Assembly: GCA_028534125.1 (NCBI GenBank)
Contig: CM052816.1
Span: 19,718,001 to 19,782,000 of the forward strand
Direction of reading: 5' to 3'
Length of the DNA: 64,000 bases
Origin: Lama glama
Lineage: Eukaryota
The position numbers and the translations under genes were made by a program. Each line of letters opens with the position of its first letter. Within the stretch, counting starts at the first letter, position 1. The notes under the pieces were generated by a model that was given only the letters and a program-made list of their open reading frames with translations, made no database searches and was not told the origin of the DNA. Below are positions 48,030 to 60,370 of this stretch, piece after piece.

Positions 48030-48658
48030 CTGTGAGGACAGCAGAGGTGGGTGTTAGGAGCCTGATCTTTCAGGAGAGACGTACTCACCCATCCACTGTG
48101 TGCAATGTCTTGGGCCCCAGCTCCATCGTCTAAAAGCTGACTGGGTTGGACCAAGCAATCTCAAAGGCCCCTGGGGCCTGGTGTTCTGACTTTAGACCCT
48201 GCTTACATACACACAGATATTATGGAAGTGTCTCCGGGATGCAGCCAGCTCCATGGGAAACCCACTGCTCAAGCTGTGTGAATGGGGGGACCACAGAAGG
48301 TGGCTGAATATGACAGAGCTGGCCCTTCCTGGGGCATGGTGGGCAGCAGCCAGAAGGCCCATACCAACTGACCCCAGCCCCACTTGTCATCCGAGACTCC
48401 TAGTGCTCACTCACTCTTCATGTAACAATCACACTAACTACAATACTCTCGTGTAAATGATATGCTATTACAGCCTTCACCCGAGAGCTACAAAAACTGA
48501 AGCACAGAGATCAGTAATGCAGCAGACTTTCCCCCCAGATCCATGCAGTGCCAAAGCCCAGTGGTGGCCACTGTCATTTTGAGGGTGAGGATGCTGGGGT
48601 TCCAAAGAAAACCATCCCTGGCCCGCCCTATCCCATTCTCAGCTGGTGGGTCACCTAC

Positions 48659-48819
48659 CCATCTCCTTGAGCTCCGAGTTAATGAGCTCCAGCCAATAGG
48701 CGTCAATCTCGTCCAGGTCATAACGGCTGCCCCCTGGCCAATCAGGTTGAGAGCCCTCACCAAGGTCAGAGCTGCTAGGGGACACCTGGGTAGGGGGGCC
48801 TTCCAATGGCGGGAGAATC
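48659..48819 (-). CDS. JADE2: JADE2 coding exon (161 bp): ILPPLEGPPTQVSPSSSDLGEGSQPDWPGGSRYDLDEIDAYWLELINSELKEM, EPC-I/EPL1 region
   Basis: tttctag|GATTCTC...GAGATGG|gtaggt; contains the YDLDEIDAYWL motif. Read directly from the sequence. Confidence 0.97.
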
Positions 48820-49489
48820 CTAGAAAATCAAGAGAGAGTGTTGTGACAGGGGTGTCCTCATACTGCTACCCTCGCTGGGTCCGGGGGCCTCCAGTGAGTT
48901 GGCCAGCCTGGATGAGGAGCTAGTGGGCAAGTGAGGTGTGAGACTTTGATGCCAAGCAGGGCCCGCCTCCTTCCATTCCCTCCTTACACTTTCCTCCTCC
49001 CACATGCCCACCCTGCAGAGGCGTAAGGGGCAGTCCAAGTGCTGTCTGGGCAATGCCGGTGCCAGCCACTTTGGGACAAAAGGAGTAGAGCCAGCTGGCC
49101 TCCAGGTCCTTCAATATACCCCTCAAAGCTGGGAAGGGGCCAGAGACTGTCCCCATGCCCTCACAAGCCTTGGCCCCTCTTCCACCAGTAATCTCAGGGG
49201 TGACGAGGAGCCCTACTTGGTTACACTGTTGTGGCTAACACGGCCCCTTTTGGATAAAAGGTGTACTGCCACAGAGGACAGAGTCCTGCCCACACACCTT
49301 ATCCTTCCCCCGAATAAATGTTACCTGAGTCTCTCACTATAGTGTCATTCCCCCACCCTCCAAAGATCAAGGCCTCCTCCCTGGAGACAAAGATGCACCT
49401 GCTACAATCCCAGGGTGACATCCCAGGTCAGCCCTCCTTCAGGCCATGGCTCTGCCTCTGAGGCGGCCTGGAAGGGCCCTGGCTTCAGC

Positions 49490-49690
49490 ACGAGGTCTCT
49501 AAACTCAGCTCCACCACTTAATGCGTGACGCTGAGTAAGCCACGTAACTTCTCTGTGCCCCAGTGAGTTTATACAAAAAATGGGCTAATAATAATATGAT
49601 CTACCTTTTACAGCTGGCATGAGGATTAAATGAATGAATACATGTAGAGCTCTTAGAATTGTGCCTGGCACACAGTAAGCACTACATGAG
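49490..49690 (+). mobile_element. MIR SINE
   Basis: ctccaccacttaatgcgtgacgctgagtaagccacgtaacttctctgtgccccag...tgaggattaaatgaatgaatacatgtagagctcttagaattgtgcctggcacacagtaagcact. Confidence 0.85.
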
Positions 49691-50390
49691 TGTGAGTGTG
49701 TATTTTAAGCCTGTGGATATCACTTTGCTCCTTCTGAAATGGAATATGAGGCTTTTTTTGCCTTGGGAGGGCACAGTTTCCTCTCTTGGCTCAGCTGTGT
49801 GCTGCCCCTCAATTCCTGATGCCAGTTCAGAATGCCAGCTCTTCCCACCCCCTACCAGTTGCTATGGTTATTGCTGTGGAGCCTGGCCTCCATCTGGCCA
49901 GCCCTGCCAGGGTTGAGAGGCCCCTTACTTGCCTGAGAGGCCTCCTGGGGTCGGAGGCAGGGCTGCCAGAGGCTGTGACTCAGCGCAGACTAGGGAGGGG
50001 GAGGCAAGGCTCTGAACGCACAGAGACATGGCACAGCTGTGGCGAGGGCTCTTGGGCTCCAGGAAATGCCCTGCATGTCAGCAAGAGGGGCAAGAAGGAT
50101 GGAGACAGGGAGGTGGAATGGCCTCCAGGTCAGGAGGGAGGCCCACAGGAGATTGAGGGAGACAAAGAGAAAGGGAAAGGGCTTGCATGGTACCACCTTT
50201 GTCACACACAAAATGCACAGGTTACAGAAGGTGTTAGATAATGATAATGCCATGATAACCACCTCCCCGGCCCCTGCCTGCCAAAGTCATTTCAAATAGA
50301 AGCACAGCTAATACACTTAGTCCTACAAAATTCTGCCTTTCCTCATGAGGCTCTTATTTGAATTAATACATTCTTTTAAAAACATTGTAC

Positions 50391-50511
50391 TTTGGGGTGG
50401 GGGTAGGTAATTATGTTTATTTATTTATTTTTTAAATGGAGGTACAGGGGATTGAACCCAGCACCTTGTGCATGCTAAATACGCACTCTACCACGGAGCT
50501 GTACCCTCCCT
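50391..50511 (-). mobile_element. tRNA-derived SINE, camelid (vic-1-like) type
   Basis: Minus strand reads GGGAGGGTACAGCTCCGTGGTAGAGTGCGTATTTAGCATGCACAAGGTGCTGGGTTCAATCCCCTGTACCTCC. Same family as the 10453-10606 copy, with a degenerate TSD (taaaaacattgta / taaaaatactata). Confidence 0.85.
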
Positions 50512-52924
50512 GCTAAAAATACTATAATTCTGTCACGACCTTGCTTTGTGCCCTGAACGTGTGCTTAGCTGGGGTGTTAGATAACCCCTTTCCAAATGTC
50601 CACCACCTATCGGCATAACTACCCACGTTTGTGTGCTCAGTCAGCTGCCACCTGGTCAGACCTCTGGGGGCCAAGATCACATTCCTTTCTCTGGGAAACT
50701 GGGGCTAAAGGGCTCAAAACAGAAAAGGCATTTCCTGTGCCTGCTGAGGCTCTCATCTTCATCTGTTTGGCCTCTTCCAGCTCTGACTATGGAGGAAACT
50801 CTCCTGCCAGGCGTGAATTGGCCTCACCTTAGGCCAGGGCCTCAGTCTCGGCTGCAGCCAGTAGGAATGAGGTCAGCTGGGAGGAGGTGGATGGGTGCGC
50901 TGGGATCTGGAGAAGAGGAGGGATCTATATTCCAGAAGACCAGATAGACACCAGAGGTTGGTTTTGCTGAGCTGAGTCTTTTGGCCACACTAAGGGTGCA
51001 GTGCAGGCCCTCCCTTAATTCATGATCTGAGGGTGAGAGGTTCTCATTATCCAGAGAAGTATCAGATCATGAGGTGGGCAGACCTGCCCAAGGGCCAGGG
51101 AGGAGTGGGCAAGGTGAGAGGGATGGAGGGGGCCAGGGTAGCAGCTGGGGGAGGGCAGTCAGAGTCAGCATGCCAGGGTGATCAGGGCACAAGACTTTCT
51201 TTGGGCCACACAGGGGCAACCCAAGGCTTGTTCCCGTGGCTCATAATTTCCTGGCCCAGCCCACGAAGCCCTGGCGGTCACGCAGGGAATTCCCCAGAAT
51301 TTCCCGACTTCCTCATCTACAAAATGGGGACGGTAACATGCCCCGTAGAGGGCTAATATGATAATTAAATGAGAAGATGAACACATCAGGCCCAGCAGAA
51401 CAAGGTCTCAGGAACGCAGCTCCTATAACCATTCTGACTGTGGCGGCTGCCACACTGGCTTCCTGATGGGGGCTGTGTAGCAGACGGTGCCCCAGGAGAC
51501 GGAGGGACCAGGCTGGAGGTGGGTGAGGAAAAAGGGGCATGGAGATTCTTCCAAGAGAGCACCCCTCCCTCCTCCAGGTTATCCTCTCCCAAGAGCGTGG
51601 GCCCTGTCAGCTTAGAGCAGCCATGCGTATGCAGGGAATGCACCTAGCAGAGCCAGAGCTGTCTGAACACGTGCTCTCTTCTTGATGTCAACAGATAAAG
51701 CACCAACTGAAGCCAAGCTACTGGTGTGGAGGCATCTGCAATTAATTACCCAGGAACCACCTGATGCTGACATCAAGGAGAGAGGACAGAGTACCAGGCC
51801 AAGCCTAATCAGGACTCACTTCTCTCTGCCCAGCTGGTGGCCCACCCCGCTGTCTTGTCTTCCTGGGCCCTTGGCATACAAATTCTCATTTAATCCACAC
51901 CACCACAGTATCAGGCATGTACTATTGTTAGCCCCATTTTACGGAGGAGGAAACAGGCTCAAAGAAGTCAGTAACAGGTCTTCAGTCTGCAGAGGTGAGA
52001 ATGTGAAACTGGCTAGGAGCTTGACCCACATTTCTGGCCCTGGGCAGGGGATGTGGAGGATAAATTCTTTCTCCAAATCCTGCATATGCTCCCATTCCCA
52101 AGAGGTCTGGAGCTTCCCTAATTCTCAGAGAGCCACAGACAGGAGCTGGTAGGCACTCAGCCCTCGGGAGCCCAGGAAGATGAGCACTGCCCTACACCCA
52201 GTCCTCACTGAGCACCCATGGGGCTTGGAGTCTGTCTGGCCTCTGTAATTGCTTGCCCAGATCAGGGCTGACACCAGATGGGCACTGGGTGCTTGTGAGC
52301 CAGTCATAGGTGTGGCTGCCAGGAAGCATCAGTGCCAATGTCAAAGGAGGTGACTGCTGAGATCTTTGCCCCAGGCCTGGTCAAAGTGGGCCTCAGCAAG
52401 AGCCATGGGGCTGCCAAGGCCAGGAATGGACTGCCAATAACACAAGCTAACCAGGCCAGCGGGCTAGTGGGCAGGGGTGACCAGGACAGCAGGCCCCTCT
52501 GTCTGAGACATGACTTGGAGGGTTTCCCAGGGTGCAGAAAGCAGCATTTGACTGAACTCTGTCACCAGAGGCCTGGCCCACAGCCACAAGACCGCCTCCT
52601 CACAAGAGCACCAGGGGTCTCTCTGACCTACAAGATCAGAAGGCTACAGAACCCAGAGAGGACTAATCCCTGACCCAACCCTCACCCAGCCCTGGCAGGG
52701 GGGCCTCCTCAAAGGCTGGTCATAGCAACAGCTTCCTGAGCATCTGATGTGTATGCCAGATACTCAATTCCCTCCCATTTACAACTCCTTTAAAAGGTTT
52801 AAGAAGTCAAGAGCATGGCTTATCCCCATCTTAAAGAGTAGTTAAAAGCCTGGAGAGTTCCCTGATGAGATCCTCTGGTGGGACACAGTTTGGATCACAA
52901 TCAAGCTAATTCATGGCCAGTTTT

Positions 52925-53140
52925 CACTGAGTGCTCACGTGTGCCAGGTCCTGTGCCCAGGGCCTTCCGTGATCACTTCCCTACATCACCTGCATGGCGC
53001 ACTGTGTGAGGCAGGTGTTACTGTTACCACTTCCAATTCACAGATAAGGACACTGAGGCCCAGGGAGATTACATTTCTGGCCCAAGGTTTCACTGAATGT
53101 GCGTGGCTATTTGAACCCAGGTTCTCTGGCTCCAGAGCTG
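52925..53140 (-). mobile_element. MIR SINE
   Basis: cactgagtgctcacgtgtgccagg...cacagataaggacactgaggcccagggagatt...tttgaacccaggttctctggctccagagc. Confidence 0.8.
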
Positions 53141-53336
53141 AGGCCAAGCCCAAGCCCTTAGTCTCAGAGGTAAACTGCCAATATTTCTGGAACGTTGCCA
53201 TGTATTTTGAAGGACAAAAGAACCTAAGCATAAGATGGACTAGAAAGGAATCCGAGGACTATCAGGGCTCTGGCCTGGTCCTAGCCTCCCCTTCCTCCCC
53301 TGCCTATGGCCCCCTGGCCTGGGCTGCCCAGCTCAC

Positions 53337-53494
53337 CTCACCACGGGCTCTGGAATGGCCTCTGCCCCAGCGGGCACCTGCACGCCTTTCTCCCATTCCT
53401 GTCGCCATGGGTCTGCCAGGATATAGTAGTCATCCGGGCTGAGCTGGTATGAGTCTGGTATCTTCATGGCTGTGATCAAGTCTGTCCGGAAAAC
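53337..53494 (-). CDS. JADE2: JADE2 coding exon (158 bp): [53 protein letters not shown]
   Basis: tgacag|GTTTTC...GTGGTGAG|gtgagc; contains the [16 protein letters not shown] motif. Read directly from the sequence. Confidence 0.98.
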
Positions 53495-55309
53495 CTGTCA
53501 GGAGCAAGGGTAGAGAGAGAATGGCTTCAGATTGCCTCTGGGTGGTCTCCTCCACAGGCCAGGGCAGGAAAATGCAAATGCAACTCAAGTGGGCTTTCTG
53601 CCCACTCACTATAAAATAAGAAGACAACACAAAAACAGTTGGTACAAGAGTGTATCTTCTCTGAACCCAGCACAGTGCTTTGTGCACAGATCTTCTATAA
53701 ACATGTTGAATTGACTTCACATGTTCTGACCTGTTCGATGACAGAGTTTGAGTGATGGGTGGAAGTGGACCTCAGAGGGAAGAGGAAAGATTAGCTGAGA
53801 AAGGCAAAAATAGTGAGGAAAAATTAGATGGCAGAAGGGCTTCTGTGAATGCAATACTGCCATGGAGTGACTGTTCAGGGAATTTCTGTTGAGATTAAAA
53901 ATTACACTTGTAGTTGTAACCACAGGCACAGGTGTAAAGGAGCCCAGGCAACCACATGCCAGGGTCTCATGCAAACAGCCGAGGGAGAGGCTGGGGTTTG
54001 GGGCTGCCTAGAGATCAGCTTCCCAATGGGTCAGGGTCTCCATGGTCCCTTAAGAACGAGGGCATCAAGCGCCTTGCTCTATGGGAGCTCTGAAGGACCA
54101 ACCTGTGTGCAGTGGGGCAGGAGGAGCGTGTGGAATTCCTTCTCAGTCAAGCCCATCCAAATTCCCTCAGGGTCGGGCCGTGAGTGGACACAGCCTCCTG
54201 CTTTGGTTTTCTTCTGAGCACCTGCTCACTCTGGGGGAAACCGCTCTTCCCAGCGTTCTGTCTGCTGCCGCCACCTCCACCCTAGAACAACCTGCAAGCC
54301 CAGCCCCAGTGGCACTGACAATGCCTCGTCTGTTCTGGTTTGCTTGGTCTCACTGGGGCCCCCACGAAGGGCTGCTGTAGGGCTTGGTGGCAGCTCCAAA
54401 AACTATGCGACTTGCTTTGGTACCAACTTTCCCAGTGATTATCACATGAGAATCACAAGTTAAGGGAGAGGTCACATCATGGAGGTAAGAGAAATCACTT
54501 CAAGAAGTCCTCCAGGCCTCAGATCCAAGTCTAAAGCCCAAACCCTCTCCCGGGAAGAAGCAGCATCCACCAGCCTTCCGGAGGCTCATGACAAGTCATT
54601 CAGCGGTAACCTCTGCCTGCGGGAGGCCCCACTCACTGGCTGTGTGTCTCATTTGAATCTAGGGCTGTAACCACAAGGAAGCAACTGAAATGGGGGCACC
54701 AAGGGGGCTCAGGGAAGCATTTTGCAGAAATCTAATTAACGTCTGCATCTAGCTAGAGAGGGCCCTGGCTTGCAGAAGGTCAAGTTTCTTGAAGACTGTA
54801 TTTGCCAATATAATTTAATTGTTAAGACTAACACCCTAACATTTAATTAGTGTGCCAGTGTGAAAAAATTAAAAGATTACGATTAAATGCTAATTAAACG
54901 GAAGATAAAATGTGGCAAAGATTTCACAGCCTTGATACTTTGCATATATTATTAGTGAGCAGCAAGAATACAAACTCAGGTACTGGGTGCATCTCTGGTG
55001 TCCTCTGACACCCTCCTTCATTGGCTGGGGCCTTTCCTAGCTGAGGCTTCTGCCAAGCCCAGCAAGGCTGAGGCTGGGTTATTTCCCTCTGGGCCCCAGA
55101 ACAGGATGTGGCAGAGATGAACTGAACCCACAGTGGATTCATGACTGTCTCAAAGTTCTCCCAATCCTGGCAAACCACGTGGTACAACATCTAACACCAT
55201 ATTGCTCTGATGCCATGGGGAACCGCCCACCTGGGAAAGTCCGTTACCTCACCTCAGAAATCAACCCTTCAAGAGCGAAGTATCACACTATGCCCCGCTA
55301 AAAAGGCAC

Positions 55310-55620
55310 AGGTGACTTCGAAACTTCTTGCTGTTCCCTCATCCTGAGCTATAGTTTAAGTGCCACCTCTGAGGATTCCTTCCCTGATCACCTGGAGCAC
55401 CGACCACCTGACAGAGCCACTTTCCAGCCCACTATCCTGCCTCATCTCCCAGTACTTAAACTCCTGAAAATTAACTGGTATACTCATGCTGCTTGTTTCT
55501 TGTCATCTCTCCTGCCACACCTGTCCTATTCTCTGCAGCATTCTTGGTGCTTGGCAAGTGACTGGCACATAGTAAGTACCCAATAAAGAGTGACTGAGTG
55601 GATAATTAAATGAATGAGTG
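55310..55620 (+). mobile_element. L2 3' end relic
   Basis: Ends gtgactggcacatagtaagtacccaataaagagtgactgagtggataattaaatgaatgagtg. Confidence 0.65.
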
Positions 55621-56044
55621 AATTAAAGGGCCCCCCTGGGGTTACCTGATGAGCCTGAGGCCTCAGCTGCCTCCTCAGGCAATGCTTTTCAAGCCCCCAC
55701 GAACGGGTTAGACACCTCATGGACATATCCAGAGCTGAAATAACCAAGCACGTGAACTGAACAGAGCAACAGACAGCAGGCAGAGACCATAGTGCCAAGT
55801 CACACCAGTTGGGGAGAGGTGGCCCTGACCTAGGAACAGGCTTGGAATTGAGAACTCAGAGCAGGAAGGAATCTCAGGTCAACTTAGTCAGGATGATTCA
55901 GGAGAGAGGGAAGAGTCTGGTCTCAAGAGAGTTCCAAGTTTCATCCAGAGTCACTCAGAGAGTAGGTGGCAGCCTGGACACCAGTGGCCCTTTCAGGCAG
56001 AGGACTGATGGATGGACAGGAAGGGCAACACTATCTTAAAGGTA

Positions 56045-56280
56045 ACAGCCAACACTTAAAGAGCACTGTGACGCCAGCACCAGCCTAATGGCTGTTCTTG
56101 AATTAATTTATTATTAGTCCTCATACCAACTCTGTGAGGTGGGTGCTACCATCATCCACATTTTACAGTTGAGAAGCCAGGGACCCAGGTTAGTTTAACA
56201 ACCTACACAAGGTCCTACATGTTGGAAGTAGCAAAGGAACCCAGACAGACAACTCCAGAACAATCCAGCACTCTCCCACA
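56045..56280 (-). mobile_element. MIR relic
   Basis: tcctcataccaactctgtgaggtgggtgctaccatcatccacattttacagttgagaa. Confidence 0.7.
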
Positions 56281-57689
56281 ACCCCTGCCCTTCTTGGCCA
56301 TCTGCTTATAGCCAATGCCCTTGAGTTAACCTAAAGCCAAATCAGGCGGTTTCCCCAAGGGCTGGAATATGTAAATCAAGTTCCAAGTCCTCCAGTGACT
56401 CGCCACTGTCTTCTCACTGCCCTCAGGCTGAGCTGCAGGGCCCACCAGTCCCTGTGGCCACACAGATGCAGTGGCAGTCTCCCTCCTGAATACTGTTCAC
56501 CCTTGGCATGTGGGAGGACCCTGCCGGGACAGACACCATTCTCCCTGCCAAAGTAGGGGCAGCCTGTTTCACCCTTAGGGTCCTAGTCCAGTCCACATTT
56601 GATCTGGAAAACCTTCCTCTGAACTCCCACAGTCCCTGTATTAAAATCTCCTGGTTTCTTGCCATGTCTTCCCCACTCGAAGGTGAACTTGGTGAGGTCT
56701 GGCCAGGCCACAGGCTGCAGCAGTGCACACAGGGCCTGGTACATTCTAGGTGCTAATAACTAAGACTGAATGACTCAAGAGTTTCCCATGGACTTGTCAC
56801 CACATTTCTGGGTAGCTGCTCAAGGCTACAGCTGGGTACTCTGTATCTCCCAAAGAAACCCCTGTACATTTAGATAAAACCTGTCAACAAATATGGCAAC
56901 CCAATCATAACCCAAACATCTTTCAGTCTTGAACCGCGAAAGGTTCTGCTTGAAAAGTGCTCAGTTACTCTCCCAAAATGCCTTTGATTTATTTACAAAA
57001 ACTAAACAAAGAATAAAATGGACACTGATGAACTGGAGGCCCTGCCATGGCAAGGAAGTTTAAAGTTGGAAAACAAGCAATTTTCGAAGAATGTGAATGT
57101 TTACTATTTTCCTTTTTTTTGGCAGAAATTGACAAATTGTCTTTAAAGGTCTGCTGCCTAGCAACCAAGTTCTGCTGAGCTGCTTGGGAGATGTTAATTG
57201 TAGCTTCTTCAACAGTATGAAGAAAGTTTAAAGATCTACAGCTCTAATTTAACAACCAGTGTGAGTGCCAGAGGTGCCAACACAGCTCTGAAGAGAGCTG
57301 AAGACCCTGCTCTGCACAGATGCAGCGACACTGCTCGTGGCTTGCACTCTAGCACCTTTCACCAAGACTGACAACAGCCATTGAAAAGTCTATCTAGCTT
57401 TCTGTACCTATCTCCCCAGGAAGAACCCAAACTGGGATCTGCCAGAAAGTATTAGTGGAGTCTGACATGATCTCCAAAAGCAAATAAAGATAATGACAAC
57501 AGGCAACTTCCACTGTGCTTTGCTAAGAGCTCCTGTATATGATCGTAAGATTTATGCATCTTATTTGAATACTTCATCCTGGGATAATGGTTTCTGCTCC
57601 CTTTTCTCAAGGGTGAAATATTGTATCATAGTGTATTCAGACCAGGAGGCACCAAGAAGAAGTTCAATTACTTAAGGAAAAGCTTCAGC

Positions 57690-57880
57690 ACTTAGCATAA
57701 TTACAAAATATGATTATTTGTGTAATTATTTGTTTAATGTCCGTCTCCTCTAATAATTAAGCTGCAAGAGGCAGAGGATGGCATGTGTCCTGTTTATCAT
57801 TGTGCCTGTTTGTGGCACAGTGTCTGGCACGTATCGAGTACTCAAAAACACTTGTGGAACAATGAGTGAGTGAGTGAATG
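57690..57880 (+). mobile_element. L2 3' end relic
   Basis: taattatttgtttaatgtccgtctcc...gcacagtgtctggcacgtatcgagtactcaaaaacacttgtggaacaatgagtgagtgagtgaatgaa. Confidence 0.75.
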
Positions 57881-58567
57881 AACTGCAGGATTTGTCTGAA
57901 GTATGACTAAACTCTGAAACTTCGAGGCACAGGGCTGATCCAAAGGGTTCTTCCAGGTGGATCTTAGAAACTGGTCTTGGTCACCGTCCCAAAGCCAATG
58001 AAAACAGCTTTGGCCCAGACTGCCTCTCCTTGACCTCTGTCCACATCAGAAGTCCCAATGCAAAGCCAGGAGTGGCTCCCTCTCTCTAATCTCCCAAAGG
58101 ATGTTTGCAAGTCTGTCCTGAAACAGCCAAATAAAATTACTACCAGACACTTTTAAATCACAGGGTTTTTTTTTCCGAGGACTTCATTTCACGAGAAATA
58201 ATAATAGTGAAAAGGAATTGCCCTGTTACAGGATGACAGGCACTGTGCTACATGTTTTATATACATAATCTCACCAAATTCATATTACCTCCATTTTACA
58301 GAGGTGGGGACTAAGGCTCAGAGAGGTTAAACCACTTGTCTGAGGTGTGCACTGTCCTTTAACCACTGCAATGCTGCCTGCAAACCAGTCAGCTATTTCT
58401 TCTTTTAAAAATCTTTCTTGGGTTGGAATCTGATAAAGAGTATCTCAGCCAAGAGCATATTTAGATACTTAAAATTAAGCGTAAAACACCAGAGAAGGGC
58501 TCTGGAAATAGCCACCCTCTGCCTAGTTCCATTCAAGCTACCATTAGGCTAATTTGGTCAGACACTT

Positions 58568-58570
<3 letters not shown>

Positions 58571-58602
<32 letters not shown>
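58571..58602. repeat. (AC)16 microsatellite
   Basis: Perfect AC dinucleotide run. Confidence 0.97.
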
Positions 58603-58604
<2 letters not shown>

Positions 58605-60221
58605 AACATCTCTTTCTCTTTCACAAGAATAACAGCACTTCCTGCTCTTAAAGAGAATTTATTGCACACATTTCTTTTGCAAGACAAGTCCCAGAGGCTG
58701 GGAGGCCTTTCCAGCTGGCGGGAGCAGCAATGTTTCCGACTATATGAGAAGTGGATTCTGCCCCCCACCCCAGAGGAAGGCAGTGGGAGGTTCCAAAAGC
58801 AGGCGCTTAGCCCAGAGGAAGGGCTCTCTCTTACTGCCTGCCCACCTCCCAGGGTAGCAGAGGAACTGGTGGTTAGAAACAGGGCTTGAAACCACAGGGG
58901 CAAGCAAAAAAACTTTTCTTGGGAGTCTCCTGTTTTATCTCTCAAGTTTGTGAGCATTTTGTATTTTACTACAACATATGCCAACATTGTTTTAATATAA
59001 AATATATTGTTTGAACATCTGGATAATATATGTGCTCTTCCAGGAACATATCTTATTTATCCTCTAGTTCTGCACCCCAACACAATCTGGCCACCCCTGC
59101 CTTCACCCAGAGTAGAAGGGGCCCATTACTAAAAGCAATGGTTCAAGCAGATAAGCTGCACTCTCACTCTCACTTGCTGCTTTTTCCAAGGGAAGGCCAT
59201 CTGTATATAGGAACTTCCACAGACAGAACTTCGGCAAGACACCCCACCGGTGGCACGGTGGCAGAGGCTAATCACAAGGGTCACCTCTTTCTCCTAGGCC
59301 TTGTCCCAGGGGCGAGACTGGGCACTGGTGAAGGACTGCCGTGGTACCTGCAGAGAGGCCCCATTCTCTCATCTAGGGGTATATCTACCCTGTCCTGGAC
59401 CATCCAGGCTTCCATCTCAAGGAGGCCAGCTTCACCTCCACTAACTTCTGGGATCTCCCTAATCCCCAGGCTCCACAGGCCTCAGGACAAGGCAGTCACA
59501 TCTACAGAACAGAAACTGCATGGCAGGGTGCAGAGCAGGGCTCTACAGATGATGACCCTGAGGCTCAGAAACTGACTTGCCCAAGCTCACAGAGCTCCTT
59601 AGTGGTAAAGCTGGCTGCACTTCTCATAACGGACACCTTCCTGTGTAGCACCTGCGTCCTGCTAACAGTCAGACGACAAGCTCCCCAGGGACACAGCCTG
59701 TATTTTCTGTGCCCCTACAGTAGGCAGGACCTAGTAGGTGCTCTCAAGTGTTTGCTGAGTTTAATCACTATCAGTAGTTCTAGGATCCTAAAAGCCCATG
59801 TCCCTGTCAGTGACCGACTCCTAGGGGCTCTGACTCCCTGAAAACACAGCTTTCTGCCTCAGGACAGCCTCCCTGGGGGAAACCCTCACTTCCTGGTCTG
59901 TCTGTCCATCTGCCTCTCTGCCCCAGGTCTGAGGGAGACATAGCCTCAAACAGCAGCCTCCAAACCACAGGGCTAGCCTCTGGATCTCTTCCCGAACTGC
60001 CCTTCACACCCTTGCCAGGCCAAAGGCTTGGCAGAAACCTGTCAGTATCCTAGCCACTGTGGGAGAAGGGGTGAGGTGGGGGATGTCCCCACCCACACTC
60101 CTTGCCTTTGCTTAGGTCACTGAACCAGGCTGGAAGGCCTCCCCTCCCTCATTCAACCTCAGGGTCTTCCAGGGAGGACCAAGCCAGAAACTCCTGTCTT
60201 AGCAGATCAGGGAAAGGTCTA

Positions 60222-60370
60222 TGGCAGTAGTTCTTAACCCTGGCTTCCAGCAGGAGGGCTCTTAAAAACTACACTTACCTGGGGCCCCAGTCCAGACTAT
60301 TCAAATCAGAATTCTTGGGGATGAGGTGGGATGGGGGTCTGGTATTGGTATTTAAAAAATAATCTCTGTT
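60222..60370. mobile_element. MER5-family hAT MITE fragment
   Basis: gcagtagttcttaaccctggct...ccagactattcaaatcagaattcttgggg...ggtattggtatttaaaaaa. Confidence 0.65.
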
